Positions 47,777 to 57,190 of a stretch of DNA of 64,000 nt are shown here, in pieces. Numbering within the stretch: the first letter of the stretch is position 1; each line of letters starts with the position of its first letter. Origin of the DNA: Rikenellaceae bacterium (GTDB taxonomy: Bacteria > Bacteroidota > Bacteroidia > Bacteroidales > Rikenellaceae). Location of the stretch: positions 2,845 through 66,844 of the forward strand of contig SUZR01000011.1 of assembly GCA_015059845.1 (NCBI GenBank). Reading direction: 5' to 3'. A model generated the notes under the pieces. It did no database searches, was not told the DNA's origin, and saw only the letters and a program-made list of their open reading frames with translations. The position numbers were made by a program, and so were the translations under genes.

Positions 47777-49054
47777 CTATACATTATCAAACTGCTGGTC
47801 AACCTCCTCCGAGGGTACCATCTTATAGAGCTTATCGCCACGGCGAAGCGTCTGCGGCATCTTGATTGAGAAATAAGTTCCCTGCGGGATGTGGTCCACG
47901 ACCTTCTCCTTGAGAACCAACCCCTCGGCCTCCATCTCCAGCACGCCCGTAGTCTCGCCCATCCACAGCAGCTGGTCGCCACGATTCACAGGCGCAGCCT
48001 CAACCAGCACCTCGGCAACGGAAATCTTCTTGAAGAAGTTTGTCACCTTGCCGATATAGACCTTGCGCTGCGTAGCCGACGAGCCATAGCGTGCCGTATG
48101 CTCGGCAATGTCGCGGCCGGCGTAGTAGCCCTCCCAGAAGCCTCGGTTAAAGACCGTAGAGAGTTTTTCTTTCAGCTCGGCAGCCAGCTCGGGTGTATAT
48201 TCACCACGCTCCATAGCCTTCAGAGCTGCATCGTAGCTCTCCACCACGCGCTTGACATACTCCGCACCGCGGGCACGGCCCTCGATTTTCAGTACGCGAA
48301 CGCCCGCCTTGATGAACTTATCCAGGAAGTCGATGGTACACAAATCCTTCGGCGAGAGTACATAGCGGCCATCAACGGCCAGCTGGCGACCCGTCTGCAT
48401 CTCCGTAATAAGGTACTTGCGGCGGCATATCTGGCGGCAGGCACCACGGTTGGCCGAGCAGTGCTCCTCGTGCTCGCTAAGGTAGCACTTGCCCGAGATA
48501 GACATACACAGTGCGCCGTGGGCAAACATCTCGATTTGCACCCTCTCGCCACGCGGGCCACGCACATCGCGCTCCTCTATTTGCTGCGAGATATATGCAA
48601 TCTGCTCAAGACTCAACTCGCGTGCCAGCACCACAACATCAGCCCACTGCGAGTAGAACTCCACAGCCTCGATGTTGGAGATGTTACACTGCGTGGAGAT
48701 ATGCACCTCCATACCCACCTTGCGGGCATACATAATGGCGGCAACATCGGCCGCGATGATGGCATCAACACCCTCCTTCAGGGCGCGGTCAACAACCGCA
48801 CGCATATCCTCCATCTCGGTATCGTAGAGGATGGTATTGACCGTAAGGTAGGTTTTTACGCCCGCCTCGTGAGCCGTATGCACGATGGTGGCCAGGTCGT
48901 CGAGTGTGAAGTTCACCGACGAACGGGCACGCATATTCAAAACGCCCACACCGAAATATACGGCATCGGCACCCGCCGCGATGGCAGCGTGCAACGACTC
49001 CATACACCCCACGGGGGCCATAATCTCTATATCTTTTCGTTTAATCATTTTCAT
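47777..49054 (-). CDS. Peptidase U32 family protein (tRNA/rRNA hydroxylase-like)
   Basis: APVG..AIAAGADAVYFG, HISTQCN, LARELS, HGALCMSISGKC, NRGACRQICR, SPKDL and KIEGRAR motifs. Confidence 0.9.
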   Translation of the reverse strand: MKMIKRKDIEIMAPVGCMESLHAAIAAGADAVYFGVGVLNMRARSSVNFTLDDLATIVHTAHEAGVKTYLTVNTILYDTEMEDMRAVVDRALKEGVDAIIAADVAAIMYARKVGMEVHISTQCNISNIEAVEFYSQWADVVVLARELSLEQIAYISQQIEERDVRGPRGERVQIEMFAHGALCMSISGKCYLSEHEEHCSANRGACRQICRRKYLITEMQTGRQLAVDGRYVLSPKDLCTIDFLDKFIKAGVRVLKIEGRARGAEYVKRVVESYDAALKAMERGEYTPELAAELKEKLSTVFNRGFWEGYYAGRDIAEHTARYGSSATQRKVYIGKVTNFFKKISVAEVLVEAAPVNRGDQLLWMGETTGVLEMEAEGLVLKEKVVDHIPQGTYFSIKMPQTLRRGDKLYKMVPSEEVDQQFDNV

Positions 49055-49105
49055 TTGTTTTTCTTTATCAAATCTCCTCTTTGGAGGTGTTCGCCTGCTC
49101 CTTTA

Positions 49106-49190
49106 GAGATTCCCATCGCCTTGCTCCGCAAGTCGGGGAATGACGTGGGAGAGGGTCAGGGAATGACGTGGGAGAGAGTCGGGGAATGAT
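49106..49190. repeat. REP-like palindrome plus 23-bp tandem repeats
   Basis: ATTCCC..GGGAAT hairpin at 49106-49144; units GTCRGGGAATGACGTGGGAGAGR at 49132, 49155 and a partial unit at 49178. Confidence 0.8.
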
Positions 49191-49224
49191 ATGAGTTAGG
49201 GTTGGGGATAACACGGAAAAAGGG

Positions 49225-50199
49225 TTATTTCTTGCGTCCCATAAGGTTTTGAGCAAACACGCGCAGGTGCTCGGTACGCTCAACTGCAATCTCCAGCGTA
49301 TCCAGTATTGCCAAAGCACGCTCGAAACGCAGCGAAATCTGCTGCTGGATGGTGCGTGGTACATCGTAGCGGTCGTAAACCTCCTTCACGCGGGCAATCT
49401 TCTCATCCTCCGAGAGCTTCGCATCAAGGTGCGTAGAGCGCAAGATATCGCGGTCGGGCTCCGTAGCGCGGCTCATAGCATTGAGCATAAGGCAGGTCTT
49501 CTTGCCCTCAAGGATATCGCCACCGATGCGCTTGCCCAGCTCCTCCACTGTGCCGTAGCTGTCGAGCAGGTCGTCCTGCTGCTGGAAGGCGAGGCCGAGT
49601 TCGAGTGCATAGCGGTAAATCTTCTTGCAGTCGCCCTCCGAAGCATCACCCAGCACGGCACCAATCATCGCGGCACCCGCCAGCAGAACGGAGGTCTTAA
49701 GCTCAATCATATTCATATACTCGACAACCGACACCTTCTGGCGCTTCTCGAAATCCATATCGTACTGCTGACCCTCACACACCTGCAAGGCCATCGTGGT
49801 GAAGATATCCATAATGCGCGGCAGTTTGTCGGCCGGCGCACCACTCAGCAGGCGGTAGGCATAAATCATCATTGCATCGCCCGACAGGATGGCCACATTC
49901 TCGCCCCAACGAGCAAAGACCGAGGGCTTGCCGCGACGCACGTCGGCATTATCCATAATATCGTCGTGCAGAAGCGTGAAGTTATGGAACATCTCTACGG
50001 CCGAAGCGGCAGGCAGTGCATCCTGCAGCTTACCGCCAAAAGCCTCACAAACCAACAGCAGCAGCGTGGGACGAATACGCTTGCCGCCACCCGACATCGA
50101 GTAGATGATGGGGGCATAAAGGTCTTTCGGCTCCTCGGGGAGCTGTATCTGTGCGAGGTGATTTTCAAACAAATCCAGGATTTCTTCATTCGTTTTCAT
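49225..50199 (-). CDS. Polyprenyl diphosphate synthase (IspA/IspB family)
   Basis: GGKRIRP, LLHDDIMD..RRG, GDAM, EGQQYD, LKT and FQQQDDLLD motifs; ATG at 50199. Confidence 0.93.
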   Translation of the reverse strand: MKTNEEILDLFENHLAQIQLPEEPKDLYAPIIYSMSGGGKRIRPTLLLLVCEAFGGKLQDALPAASAVEMFHNFTLLHDDIMDNADVRRGKPSVFARWGENVAILSGDAMMIYAYRLLSGAPADKLPRIMDIFTTMALQVCEGQQYDMDFEKRQKVSVVEYMNMIELKTSVLLAGAAMIGAVLGDASEGDCKKIYRYALELGLAFQQQDDLLDSYGTVEELGKRIGGDILEGKKTCLMLNAMSRATEPDRDILRSTHLDAKLSEDEKIARVKEVYDRYDVPRTIQQQISLRFERALAILDTLEIAVERTEHLRVFAQNLMGRKK

Positions 50200-50248
50200 A
50201 AGCGATGGTGGCTTTTTTATATGTTCGTGCCCCAAAATTAAGAAAAAG

Positions 50249-50280
50249 TTTGAAGAAAAAGAATTTTATACTTAACTTTG
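50249..50280 (+). promoter_or_regulatory. -33/-7 promoter of the ROK kinase gene
   Basis: TTTG at 50249-52, 20-nt spacer, TAACTTTG at 50273-80. Confidence 0.7.
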
Positions 50281-50341
50281 ACGTTGTTAAATGTGTTTTG
50301 ACATAAACTTAAACTAATTAACCATAACAACCAAAAACATT

Positions 50342-51352
50342 ATGAAAAAATTGGCAATGGGTATCGACATCGGCGGAACAAACACTGCGTTTGGTCTTGT
50401 TGATGAGGAGGGTACCGTTTTCTGTGAGTCTGTAATTTCAACCGAGAAGTACAAGAAGTTTGACGACTATGAGACTTATGTAAAGACTCTGTGCGAGGCT
50501 ATGCACGCTCTTATCGGCAGCGTATCTTTCGAGTTTGAGTTGATTGGTATCGGTATTGGTGCCCCCAACGCAAACTACCACACAGGTATGATTGAGGCTC
50601 CCGCAAACTTGTGGAAGTTCCGCGACGACGAGCCCAACCCCGATGAGTCACGTCGTATGTTCCACTTCGTGGACGATATCAAGGCTTCATTCCCCGGTGT
50701 TGACGTAGCTATCACAAACGACGCTAACGCTGCAGCTATCGGCGAGGGCGTATTCGGTAACGCTAAGGGTATGAAGGATTATGTTGTTATCACTCTGGGT
50801 ACAGGTCTTGGCTCAGGTATCGTTAGCAACGGCGAGATGATTTACGGTCACGACGGCTTCGCAGGTGAGTATGGTCACGTGATGGTTGACAGCCGCGTAC
50901 ACGGCCGCGAGTGCGGTTGCGGACGCAAGGGTTGCTTGGAGGCTTACGCATCGGCTACAGGTATCAAGCGTACTGCATTTGAGTTGATGGCAAAGATGAA
51001 CAACGATAGCGACTTGCGCGAGGTTCCCTTCTCTAAGTTTGAGGCTGTAATGCTCTCAACCGCTGCTGACAAGGGTGACGCTATCGCCAAGGAGGCATTC
51101 CGCTTCACTGGTGAGGTGTTGGGTAAGTCATTGGCTGACTTGGTTGCTACAACTTCTCCCGAGGCTATCATCCTGTTCGGTGGTTTGGCTAAGGCTGGCA
51201 AGCACATCTTCGAGCCCACTAAGTGGTATATGGAGGAGAATATGATGGCTACATTCAAGAACAAGGTTAAGTTGTTGCCTTCAGGTATCGAGGGTAAGAA
51301 CGCTGCTATCCTTGGCTCATCAGCTCTTATCTGGCAGAAGGTTAAGTACTAA
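50342..51352 (+). CDS. glk: ROK family glucokinase
   Basis: GIDIGGT, NDANAAAIGE, TLGTGLGSG and GEYGH..CGCGRKGCLE motifs. Confidence 0.88.
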   Translation: MKKLAMGIDIGGTNTAFGLVDEEGTVFCESVISTEKYKKFDDYETYVKTLCEAMHALIGSVSFEFELIGIGIGAPNANYHTGMIEAPANLWKFRDDEPNPDESRRMFHFVDDIKASFPGVDVAITNDANAAAIGEGVFGNAKGMKDYVVITLGTGLGSGIVSNGEMIYGHDGFAGEYGHVMVDSRVHGRECGCGRKGCLEAYASATGIKRTAFELMAKMNNDSDLREVPFSKFEAVMLSTAADKGDAIAKEAFRFTGEVLGKSLADLVATTSPEAIILFGGLAKAGKHIFEPTKWYMEENMMATFKNKVKLLPSGIEGKNAAILGSSALIWQKVKY

Positions 51353-51373
51353 GATTTAGCAGGGCATAATACC

Positions 51374-51407
51374 AAAAGCCTGTCCCGAGTCATCGTGACA
51401 GGCTTTT
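51374..51407 (+). terminator. Terminator after the ROK kinase gene
   Basis: AAAAGCCTGTC/GACAGGCTTTT. Confidence 0.8.
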
Positions 51408-51483
51408 ATAGATTTTTGAGGTGCGGGCCAATAGCGTCTGCACGATAACAGAGAGGTTAGTTAGAAAAAAAATAGGAGAAAAG

Positions 51484-52998
51484 ATGAAGAGACTATTGAT
51501 TTTGGCGATGCTGTTGCTGCCGATGGGCGTATGGGCACAGAGCGCCGCAGTGAAGAAGATTATGGAGATGGCACGCGAGGATAACCGCACGATGCAGCAT
51601 CTCGATATTTTGTGTAACCGCTTCGGCGGTCGCCCCGTAGGCTCGGCCGCTTACGACAACGCCGCAGAGTGGGCTGTAAAGCAGTTCAAAGATTGGGGCT
51701 TGGAGGTGAGCGTAGAGAAGGTTGGCGAGACCTGCGTAGGCTTCAACCGCGGTGGCTGGTGGGGTCGCGCTATGGGCGAGTACAACGAGACACTCTACTT
51801 CACAACACCCTCATACACAGCAGGCACGAAGGGCCCGCAGCGTGGTCACGTAGTAATTGAGCCCCGCACGTGGGACGAATTCAACCGTATGAAGGGCACG
51901 CTGAAGGGTGCTTGGGTGTTGCTCAAGAGCAAGAGCACAGGCTGGCCTCTGGACCACGACGCTGCAGCCAAGGAGAAGCGTCACGCTGCAATCAAGGAGA
52001 ACGAGGAGATTGCAAAGCAGAACCGCGAGGCTGGCGTGGATGGCAAGAAGCGTCCCCTGAACGAGATGCCCGCATTGCTCTATGACGAGATGGTGGAGGC
52101 AGGCGTTTTGGGATTCATTCAGCCCACATCGGTGCCCATCCGCACGCTCTACGACCGCAAGATGTTGCAGGAGAACACCACAACCTTCGAGCAGCTGCCC
52201 ACCGTACCCGACATTAAGCTGGACGAGGCGCAGTTTGAGCGCATCTACAAGCTGGCAGAGGAGCGCCGCTATGTGCAGCTGGAGTTCGATATCCGCAACT
52301 ACTTCAAGATGGGTCCCGTGCCCTACCACAACATTGTAGCCACGATGAAGGGCTCGAAGTATCCCGACGAGTATGTAATCCTGGGTGCGCACCTCGACGC
52401 TTATGACGTAGCTACGGGTGGCGTGGATTGCGGCTCGGGTGTATCGGCCGTGATGGAGGCTGCACGTATGTTGAGCGTTTCGGGTGCGAAGCCTGAGCGT
52501 TCGATTATCTTCATCCTCTTTGCTGCCGAGGAGTTTGGTCTGCTGGGCTCGCTGAAGTGGATTGAGGACCACCCCGAGAAGCTGGATAAGATTTCAAATG
52601 TATTCAACCGCGATGGAGGCCCTATGCCCTACACCGATTTCTATGCTCCCGCATCGCTGGTGAAGGAGTATGAGAAGATTGCAAAGCCCCTGCAGGAGCT
52701 CTATCCCTCGTATAACTTCACCGTTCACAAGCTCGAGCCGCGTGAGAAGCCTACAAAGACGGGCGGCAACGACTCTACATCGTTTATGGTGGAGGGTATC
52801 CCCGCCGTGCAGATGGCCGACTGGAAGGACCCCTCGGGTTACAACTTCCAATATACGGAGATTTGGCACACCGACCGCGATACTTACCAGAAGAGTATTC
52901 CCGAGTATCAGGAGCAGGCAGCTACCGCGCTGGCTATTATGGCGTTGGGTACAGCAAATCTGCCTACGCTGTTGCCACGAAACGAAGTGTATAAGTAA
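51484..52998 (+). CDS. Secreted M28 family peptidase (carboxypeptidase Q-like)
   Basis: Signal peptide, GGRPVGS, GAHLD..GGVDCGSG, AAEEFGLLGS, GGNDSTSF and WHTDRD motifs; ATG at 51484. Confidence 0.88.
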   Translation: MKRLLILAMLLLPMGVWAQSAAVKKIMEMAREDNRTMQHLDILCNRFGGRPVGSAAYDNAAEWAVKQFKDWGLEVSVEKVGETCVGFNRGGWWGRAMGEYNETLYFTTPSYTAGTKGPQRGHVVIEPRTWDEFNRMKGTLKGAWVLLKSKSTGWPLDHDAAAKEKRHAAIKENEEIAKQNREAGVDGKKRPLNEMPALLYDEMVEAGVLGFIQPTSVPIRTLYDRKMLQENTTTFEQLPTVPDIKLDEAQFERIYKLAEERRYVQLEFDIRNYFKMGPVPYHNIVATMKGSKYPDEYVILGAHLDAYDVATGGVDCGSGVSAVMEAARMLSVSGAKPERSIIFILFAAEEFGLLGSLKWIEDHPEKLDKISNVFNRDGGPMPYTDFYAPASLVKEYEKIAKPLQELYPSYNFTVHKLEPREKPTKTGGNDSTSFMVEGIPAVQMADWKDPSGYNFQYTEIWHTDRDTYQKSIPEYQEQAATALAIMALGTANLPTLLPRNEVYK

Positions 52999-53023
52999 GC
53001 ATCTACCTTATATTATTTTATAG

Positions 53024-53052
53024 AAAGCCACCTATTCGGGTGGCTTTTTTTT
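53024..53052 (+). terminator. Terminator after the M28 peptidase gene
   Basis: AAAGCCACC-TATTCG-GGTGGCTTT plus a T run. Confidence 0.85.
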
Positions 53053-53201
53053 ATTAATTTGAGAAAATTTTTAACTCCGATAGTTGTAGATTAAAAAAAT
53101 CTTCGTAACTTTATATTTCGAACGCGCATTGCAAACCTAACACTACGCGTTCAACCTAAAAAGCAAACAAACTAAAGTAAAACCAATAAAACTTCACGAA
53201 T

Positions 53202-55364
53202 ATGAAAAACTATTCAGCTAAAGAGATTAAGAACATCGTTCTCATCGGCGCGCCTGGCACGGGAAAAACTACCCTTGCTGAAGCGATGGCTTTTGAGGGT
53301 AAGGTTATCGACCGCAGGGGTAGTATCGAGACTAACAACACTATCTCGGATAATACAGATATTGAGCACGAGTACAAGCGCTCAATATACTCAACAACCC
53401 TTTTCACCGAGTTTATGGGCCGCAAGCTCAATATCATAGACTGCCCGGGTTCTGACGACTTCTGTGGCAACCTCTTCTCTGCCTTCAAGGTGGGTGACGT
53501 AGGTATTATGGTTATGAACGCCCAGAACGGTTGGGAGGTAGGTGACGAAATTCAGTCACGCTACGCTCGCATCCTGAACAAGCCTTTGATTGGTGTTATC
53601 AACCAGTTGGATGGCGACAAGGCTAACTACGAGGCTACAATAGAGGGTATTCGCGCTGCATCACGCGTGAAGCCCGTAATCGTACAGTACCCCGTAGAGG
53701 TTGGTCCTGGTTTCAACGCATTCATCGACGTACTTATGATGAAGATGTACCGCTTCACCGACGAGAACGGTACTCGCGAGGAGTTGGATATTCCTGCTGA
53801 CCAGTTGGAGTACGCTCAGGAGTTGAATCAGGAGCTCTCAGAGGCTGCTGCAGTATATGACGACGCATTGATGGAGCTCTACTTCGAGAAGGGCGCCCTC
53901 ACACAGGACGATATCCGCTCAGGTTTGAAGCTCGGCGTTGCTAACCGCGAGATTATGCCTATCTTCTGCTGTTCAGGTAAGCGCGACATCGGTACAAAGC
54001 GTTTGATGGAGTTCATCATCAACGTTGCTCCCGGCCCGACTACTCCTACAACAGCGCCCAAGTTCGTATCTACCGAGGGTGAGGAGCTGGTTGCAGACGA
54101 GAATCTGCCCACAGCAGTATTCGTATTCAAGAGCCAGATTGAGCAGCACATCGGTGAGATTACTTACTTCCGCGTAGTACGTGGTAAGATTACCGAGGGT
54201 ATGGAGCTCGTGAATAGCCGCACAGGCAACAAGGAGAAGCTCTCGCAGTTGTTCGCCGTAGCAGGTAAGAACCGTATCAAGGTTACTGAGCTGTCAGCAG
54301 GTGACATCGGTTGCACCGTGAAGCTGAAGGCTACTCGCACAAACGACACGTTGGCAGCTGCTGGAGCACACGTGAAGGTTGAGCCTATCGTATTCCCCGA
54401 GCCTCGCTACCGCGCAGCTGTGAAGGCTAAGGAGCAGGGCGACGAGGAGAAGCTGGGTAAGCTGTTGAACGACATCAAGTACGAGGACCCCACAATCTTG
54501 GTTGAGTACTCTAAGGAGCTCAAGCAGACCATTATTCAGGGTCAGGGTGAGCACCACCTCAACATCGTTAAGACACGCTTGGCAAACGATAATAAGCTCG
54601 ATATTGAGTACTTCGCACCGAAGATTCCTTATCGTGAGACAATCACCAAGGTAGCACAGGCAGACTACCGCCACAAGAAGCAGTCTGGTGGTGCTGGTCA
54701 GTTTGGTGAGGTACATATGGTTATCGAGCCCTACTACGAGGGTATGCCCGAGCCTACAAAGTACAAGGTTGGCGGCAAGGAGATTACCGTAAATATCAAG
54801 GGTAAGGAGGAGTATGACCTCGATTGGGGCGGCAAGTTGCAGTTCTACAACTCAATCGTTGGTGGTGCTATCGACGCACGCTTTATGCCCGCTATCCTGA
54901 AGGGTATTATGGAGAAGATGGACGAGGGTCCGCTCACAGGTTCTTACGCCCGCGATATCCGCGTAGTTATCTACGATGGTAAGATGCACCCCGTAGATTC
55001 AAATGAAATCTCATTTAAGCTGGCTGCACGTAACGCCTTCAAGGAGGCATTCCGCAACGCTGGTCCCAAGATTATGGAGCCTATCTACGCTGTGGAGGTA
55101 TTGACCCCGAGCGAGTATATGGGTGCCGTGATGAGCGACCTGCAGAACCGCCGCGCAATGATTATGGGTATGGAGTCTGACAAGGGCTTCGATAAGCTGA
55201 ACGCTCGCGTGCCTCTGGCCGAGTTGTACCGCTACTCAACATCGTTGTCATCACTCACATCTGGTGCTGCTACATACACAATGCAGTTCGCATCATACGA
55301 GCAGGTTCCCGCAGACGTTCAGGACAAGCTGCTTAAGGCTTACACCGACACTGACGAGGATTAA
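53202..55364 (+). CDS. fusA2: Elongation factor G paralog (EF-G2)
   Basis: EF-G domain order with degenerate G motifs (GAPGTGKT, RSIYS, DCPG, NQLD), HKKQSGGAGQFG and a domain-IV insert. Confidence 0.9.
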   Translation: MKNYSAKEIKNIVLIGAPGTGKTTLAEAMAFEGKVIDRRGSIETNNTISDNTDIEHEYKRSIYSTTLFTEFMGRKLNIIDCPGSDDFCGNLFSAFKVGDVGIMVMNAQNGWEVGDEIQSRYARILNKPLIGVINQLDGDKANYEATIEGIRAASRVKPVIVQYPVEVGPGFNAFIDVLMMKMYRFTDENGTREELDIPADQLEYAQELNQELSEAAAVYDDALMELYFEKGALTQDDIRSGLKLGVANREIMPIFCCSGKRDIGTKRLMEFIINVAPGPTTPTTAPKFVSTEGEELVADENLPTAVFVFKSQIEQHIGEITYFRVVRGKITEGMELVNSRTGNKEKLSQLFAVAGKNRIKVTELSAGDIGCTVKLKATRTNDTLAAAGAHVKVEPIVFPEPRYRAAVKAKEQGDEEKLGKLLNDIKYEDPTILVEYSKELKQTIIQGQGEHHLNIVKTRLANDNKLDIEYFAPKIPYRETITKVAQADYRHKKQSGGAGQFGEVHMVIEPYYEGMPEPTKYKVGGKEITVNIKGKEEYDLDWGGKLQFYNSIVGGAIDARFMPAILKGIMEKMDEGPLTGSYARDIRVVIYDGKMHPVDSNEISFKLAARNAFKEAFRNAGPKIMEPIYAVEVLTPSEYMGAVMSDLQNRRAMIMGMESDKGFDKLNARVPLAELYRYSTSLSSLTSGAATYTMQFASYEQVPADVQDKLLKAYTDTDED

Positions 55365-55421
55365 TCCTATACAACCCTCACATCGTAAGGCCACTTCAGT
55401 CTTAGAATGTGAGATGCATTT

Positions 55422-55459
55422 AACAAAAACCGTTCCCGCCTGGGAGCGGTTTTTTTGTT
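55422..55459 (+). terminator. Terminator after EF-G2
   Basis: AAAAACCGTTCCC-GCCT-GGGAGCGGTTTTT. Confidence 0.85.
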
Positions 55460-56018
55460 GGAGGGGGCTTCTGTGACTACATCTCTATACTCTGCCCTTT
55501 CTTGCGCCACAACTCTATTCTCATCACACGCCAACAAGTCTCAGGACAATAAAAGGTTGTAATTTTCTTGCATATTTCTCCCTAAGTGCCTGATATTAAG
55601 ATGTAAAAATGACAAAAAAGTTGCATATCAAACATTCTTGAAAACGAATTAAAAAAATATTAAACAATTTTTAACAAAATATAATAAATAATAAGAAAAG
55701 TGATAGCGCATTACAATTTTTCGAGGGAAGGTATTTTTTTTGCATTAAAATTATAGGTAAATGACACGCTTAGGAATGAATAAATATTCCAATATTTGGA
55801 AGTTTTGGCTGAAAACGTATAGGTTTTCTAATATTTTTACTATATTTTTGTAAAAGATTTATAATATATATGCGATTTGAAATGAATCCCTTACGTCAAA
55901 TTATCGCATAAAAAAATGAGTTCTTACTAAGTTTTTTGCACGACAAAGTGCCTTAGTTGGATTATGAGCTAAACGCGACGAAATCAATCAATCCTAAATC
56001 CTTATAAATTTTAAGCTC

Positions 56019-56582
56019 ATGAAAAGACTATTAATTTATCTTTGTGCGGTGTCAATTTTGGCATCTTGCATCAAGCTGCCGGATATAGATGTCTCCGGGG
56101 AATCGCAGGAGGCTAAAGCGGCCTTACTGGCCCAGTTCTCATCTGCGAATATTAAAAATTGGGATAGCCGATTAGGTTATGTTGTTGTTAATTTTACGCT
56201 TGATGTCGAAAATGATACACCCGCCAATTGCGTAGCGTGGTACGACAGAAACGGTAAGTGGTATCTTACCGAGAGCAGTATGAAGTACCAGGAGCTCCCC
56301 GCGGCTGTCACAGCAGCCTTCGAGGGTGGCGACTTCAAAGATTGTAATATCGAAGAGGTCTATTGCCTTGATGCTCCCGAGTTCACAGAGTACGCTATGC
56401 TTATCACTGGTAAGATTTACGGCTATGCGCAGAGAGGTTTTCTCTACTACAAGGAGAACGGCACGTTGCACATAAGCATCGTAAATCCTCGCTCAGATTA
56501 CACCTACGGAGATTATCTGTTGGCTCCGATTTGTAAAAAGGGCGACGGCAGTAATACCGACAGCACCCCGCTTGAGAATTAA
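56019..56582 (+). CDS. Lipoprotein with a PepSY-like (beta-lactamase-inhibitor-like) domain
   Basis: Lipobox LASC; AWYDRNGKWYLTE..ELPAAVTAAF pattern. Confidence 0.7.
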   Translation: MKRLLIYLCAVSILASCIKLPDIDVSGESQEAKAALLAQFSSANIKNWDSRLGYVVVNFTLDVENDTPANCVAWYDRNGKWYLTESSMKYQELPAAVTAAFEGGDFKDCNIEEVYCLDAPEFTEYAMLITGKIYGYAQRGFLYYKENGTLHISIVNPRSDYTYGDYLLAPICKKGDGSNTDSTPLEN

Positions 56583-56637
56583 CCCCTTACTGATTCTCAA
56601 CGTGGATAGCACGAAGTATTAAAGTGCAGTGAATTTT

Positions 56638-56684
56638 GCGGTACGTCTATAGCTGATAGCAATAGACGTGCCGCTTTTTGTTTT
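56638..56684 (+). terminator. Terminator after the PepSY-like lipoprotein gene
   Basis: GCGGTACGTCTAT/ATAGACGTGCCGC then TTTTTGTTTT. Confidence 0.85.
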
Positions 56685-56769
56685 CTACATAGTAAATCAT
56701 TACGACCACAACTGCATAGAGAGCGTAACAAAGAAGATGATAATCGTTACCATAATCATCACACACTAC

Positions 56770-57029
56770 ATCGCGGCCCGAGCGATATCATTAAAACCTA
56801 AAACATAACCCATATAAACAGAAAAGTGCGAGCCTGTTTCTATCCAACGGTAGGCCTTCGACTGCCTTATGGTAGATATAACGACTCACACTTTGGCGGT
56901 ATATGTCTTTAGAACATAATACATACCAAAATGAGCGCTCGTCATTCCCTACCATAATGAGTTGTCGAAGTTCACCGTTGAGGAAGAAAAAACGCTTTCC
57001 AATAAATATGTCTGCCGCGCACTGCGACT
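56770..57029 (-). ncRNA. Candidate rod-shaped structured RNA, copy 2 (same family as 23281-23554)
   Basis: Nested blocks CAACGGT/ACCGTTG, CTTCGAC/GTCGAAG, TTATGGTAG/CTACCATAA, ATGACGA/TCGTTAT; own -7 box; four sequence blocks shared with copy 1. Confidence 0.75.
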
Positions 57030-57032
57030 ATA

Positions 57033-57040
57033 CAAAGGTA
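57033..57040 (-). promoter_or_regulatory. -7 box of candidate rod RNA 2
   Basis: TACCTTTG on the minus strand just downstream of the rplQ terminator; no clear -33 TTTG. Confidence 0.6.
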
Positions 57041-57075
57041 ATAATAAATTTCTATTTCCCTTGCCCCTCTGCCAC

Positions 57076-57108
57076 AAAAAATAAGGCCCTCCCAAAAGGG
57101 AGAGCCTT
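57076..57108 (-). terminator. Terminator of the alpha operon (after rplQ)
   Basis: Minus strand AAGGCTCTCCC-TTTT-GGGAGGGCCTT-ATTTTTT. Confidence 0.85.
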
Positions 57109-57190
57109 ACTCGTTGATATATTTCACTTTGCTTCGGGCGAAACGGGCATCGGCTCATCACCGCCCCACCCCACCCTCGGGCTTGGTAAA

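Noticed and set aside
49132-49190. 23-bp repeats (and the 9-bp arrays) as a CRISPR array
   Set aside because: Units are contiguous with no unique spacers, and no cas genes are present.
56823-56894. Hairpin considered as SRP (4.5S) RNA
   Set aside because: It lacks the GNRA tetraloop and the CAGG/AGCAG internal loop of SRP helix 8.
56902-56918. TATGTCTTTAGAACATA as a Cur-type operator
   Set aside because: It is one base longer than the consensus as I recall it, and is explained as the apical hairpin of rod RNA 2.
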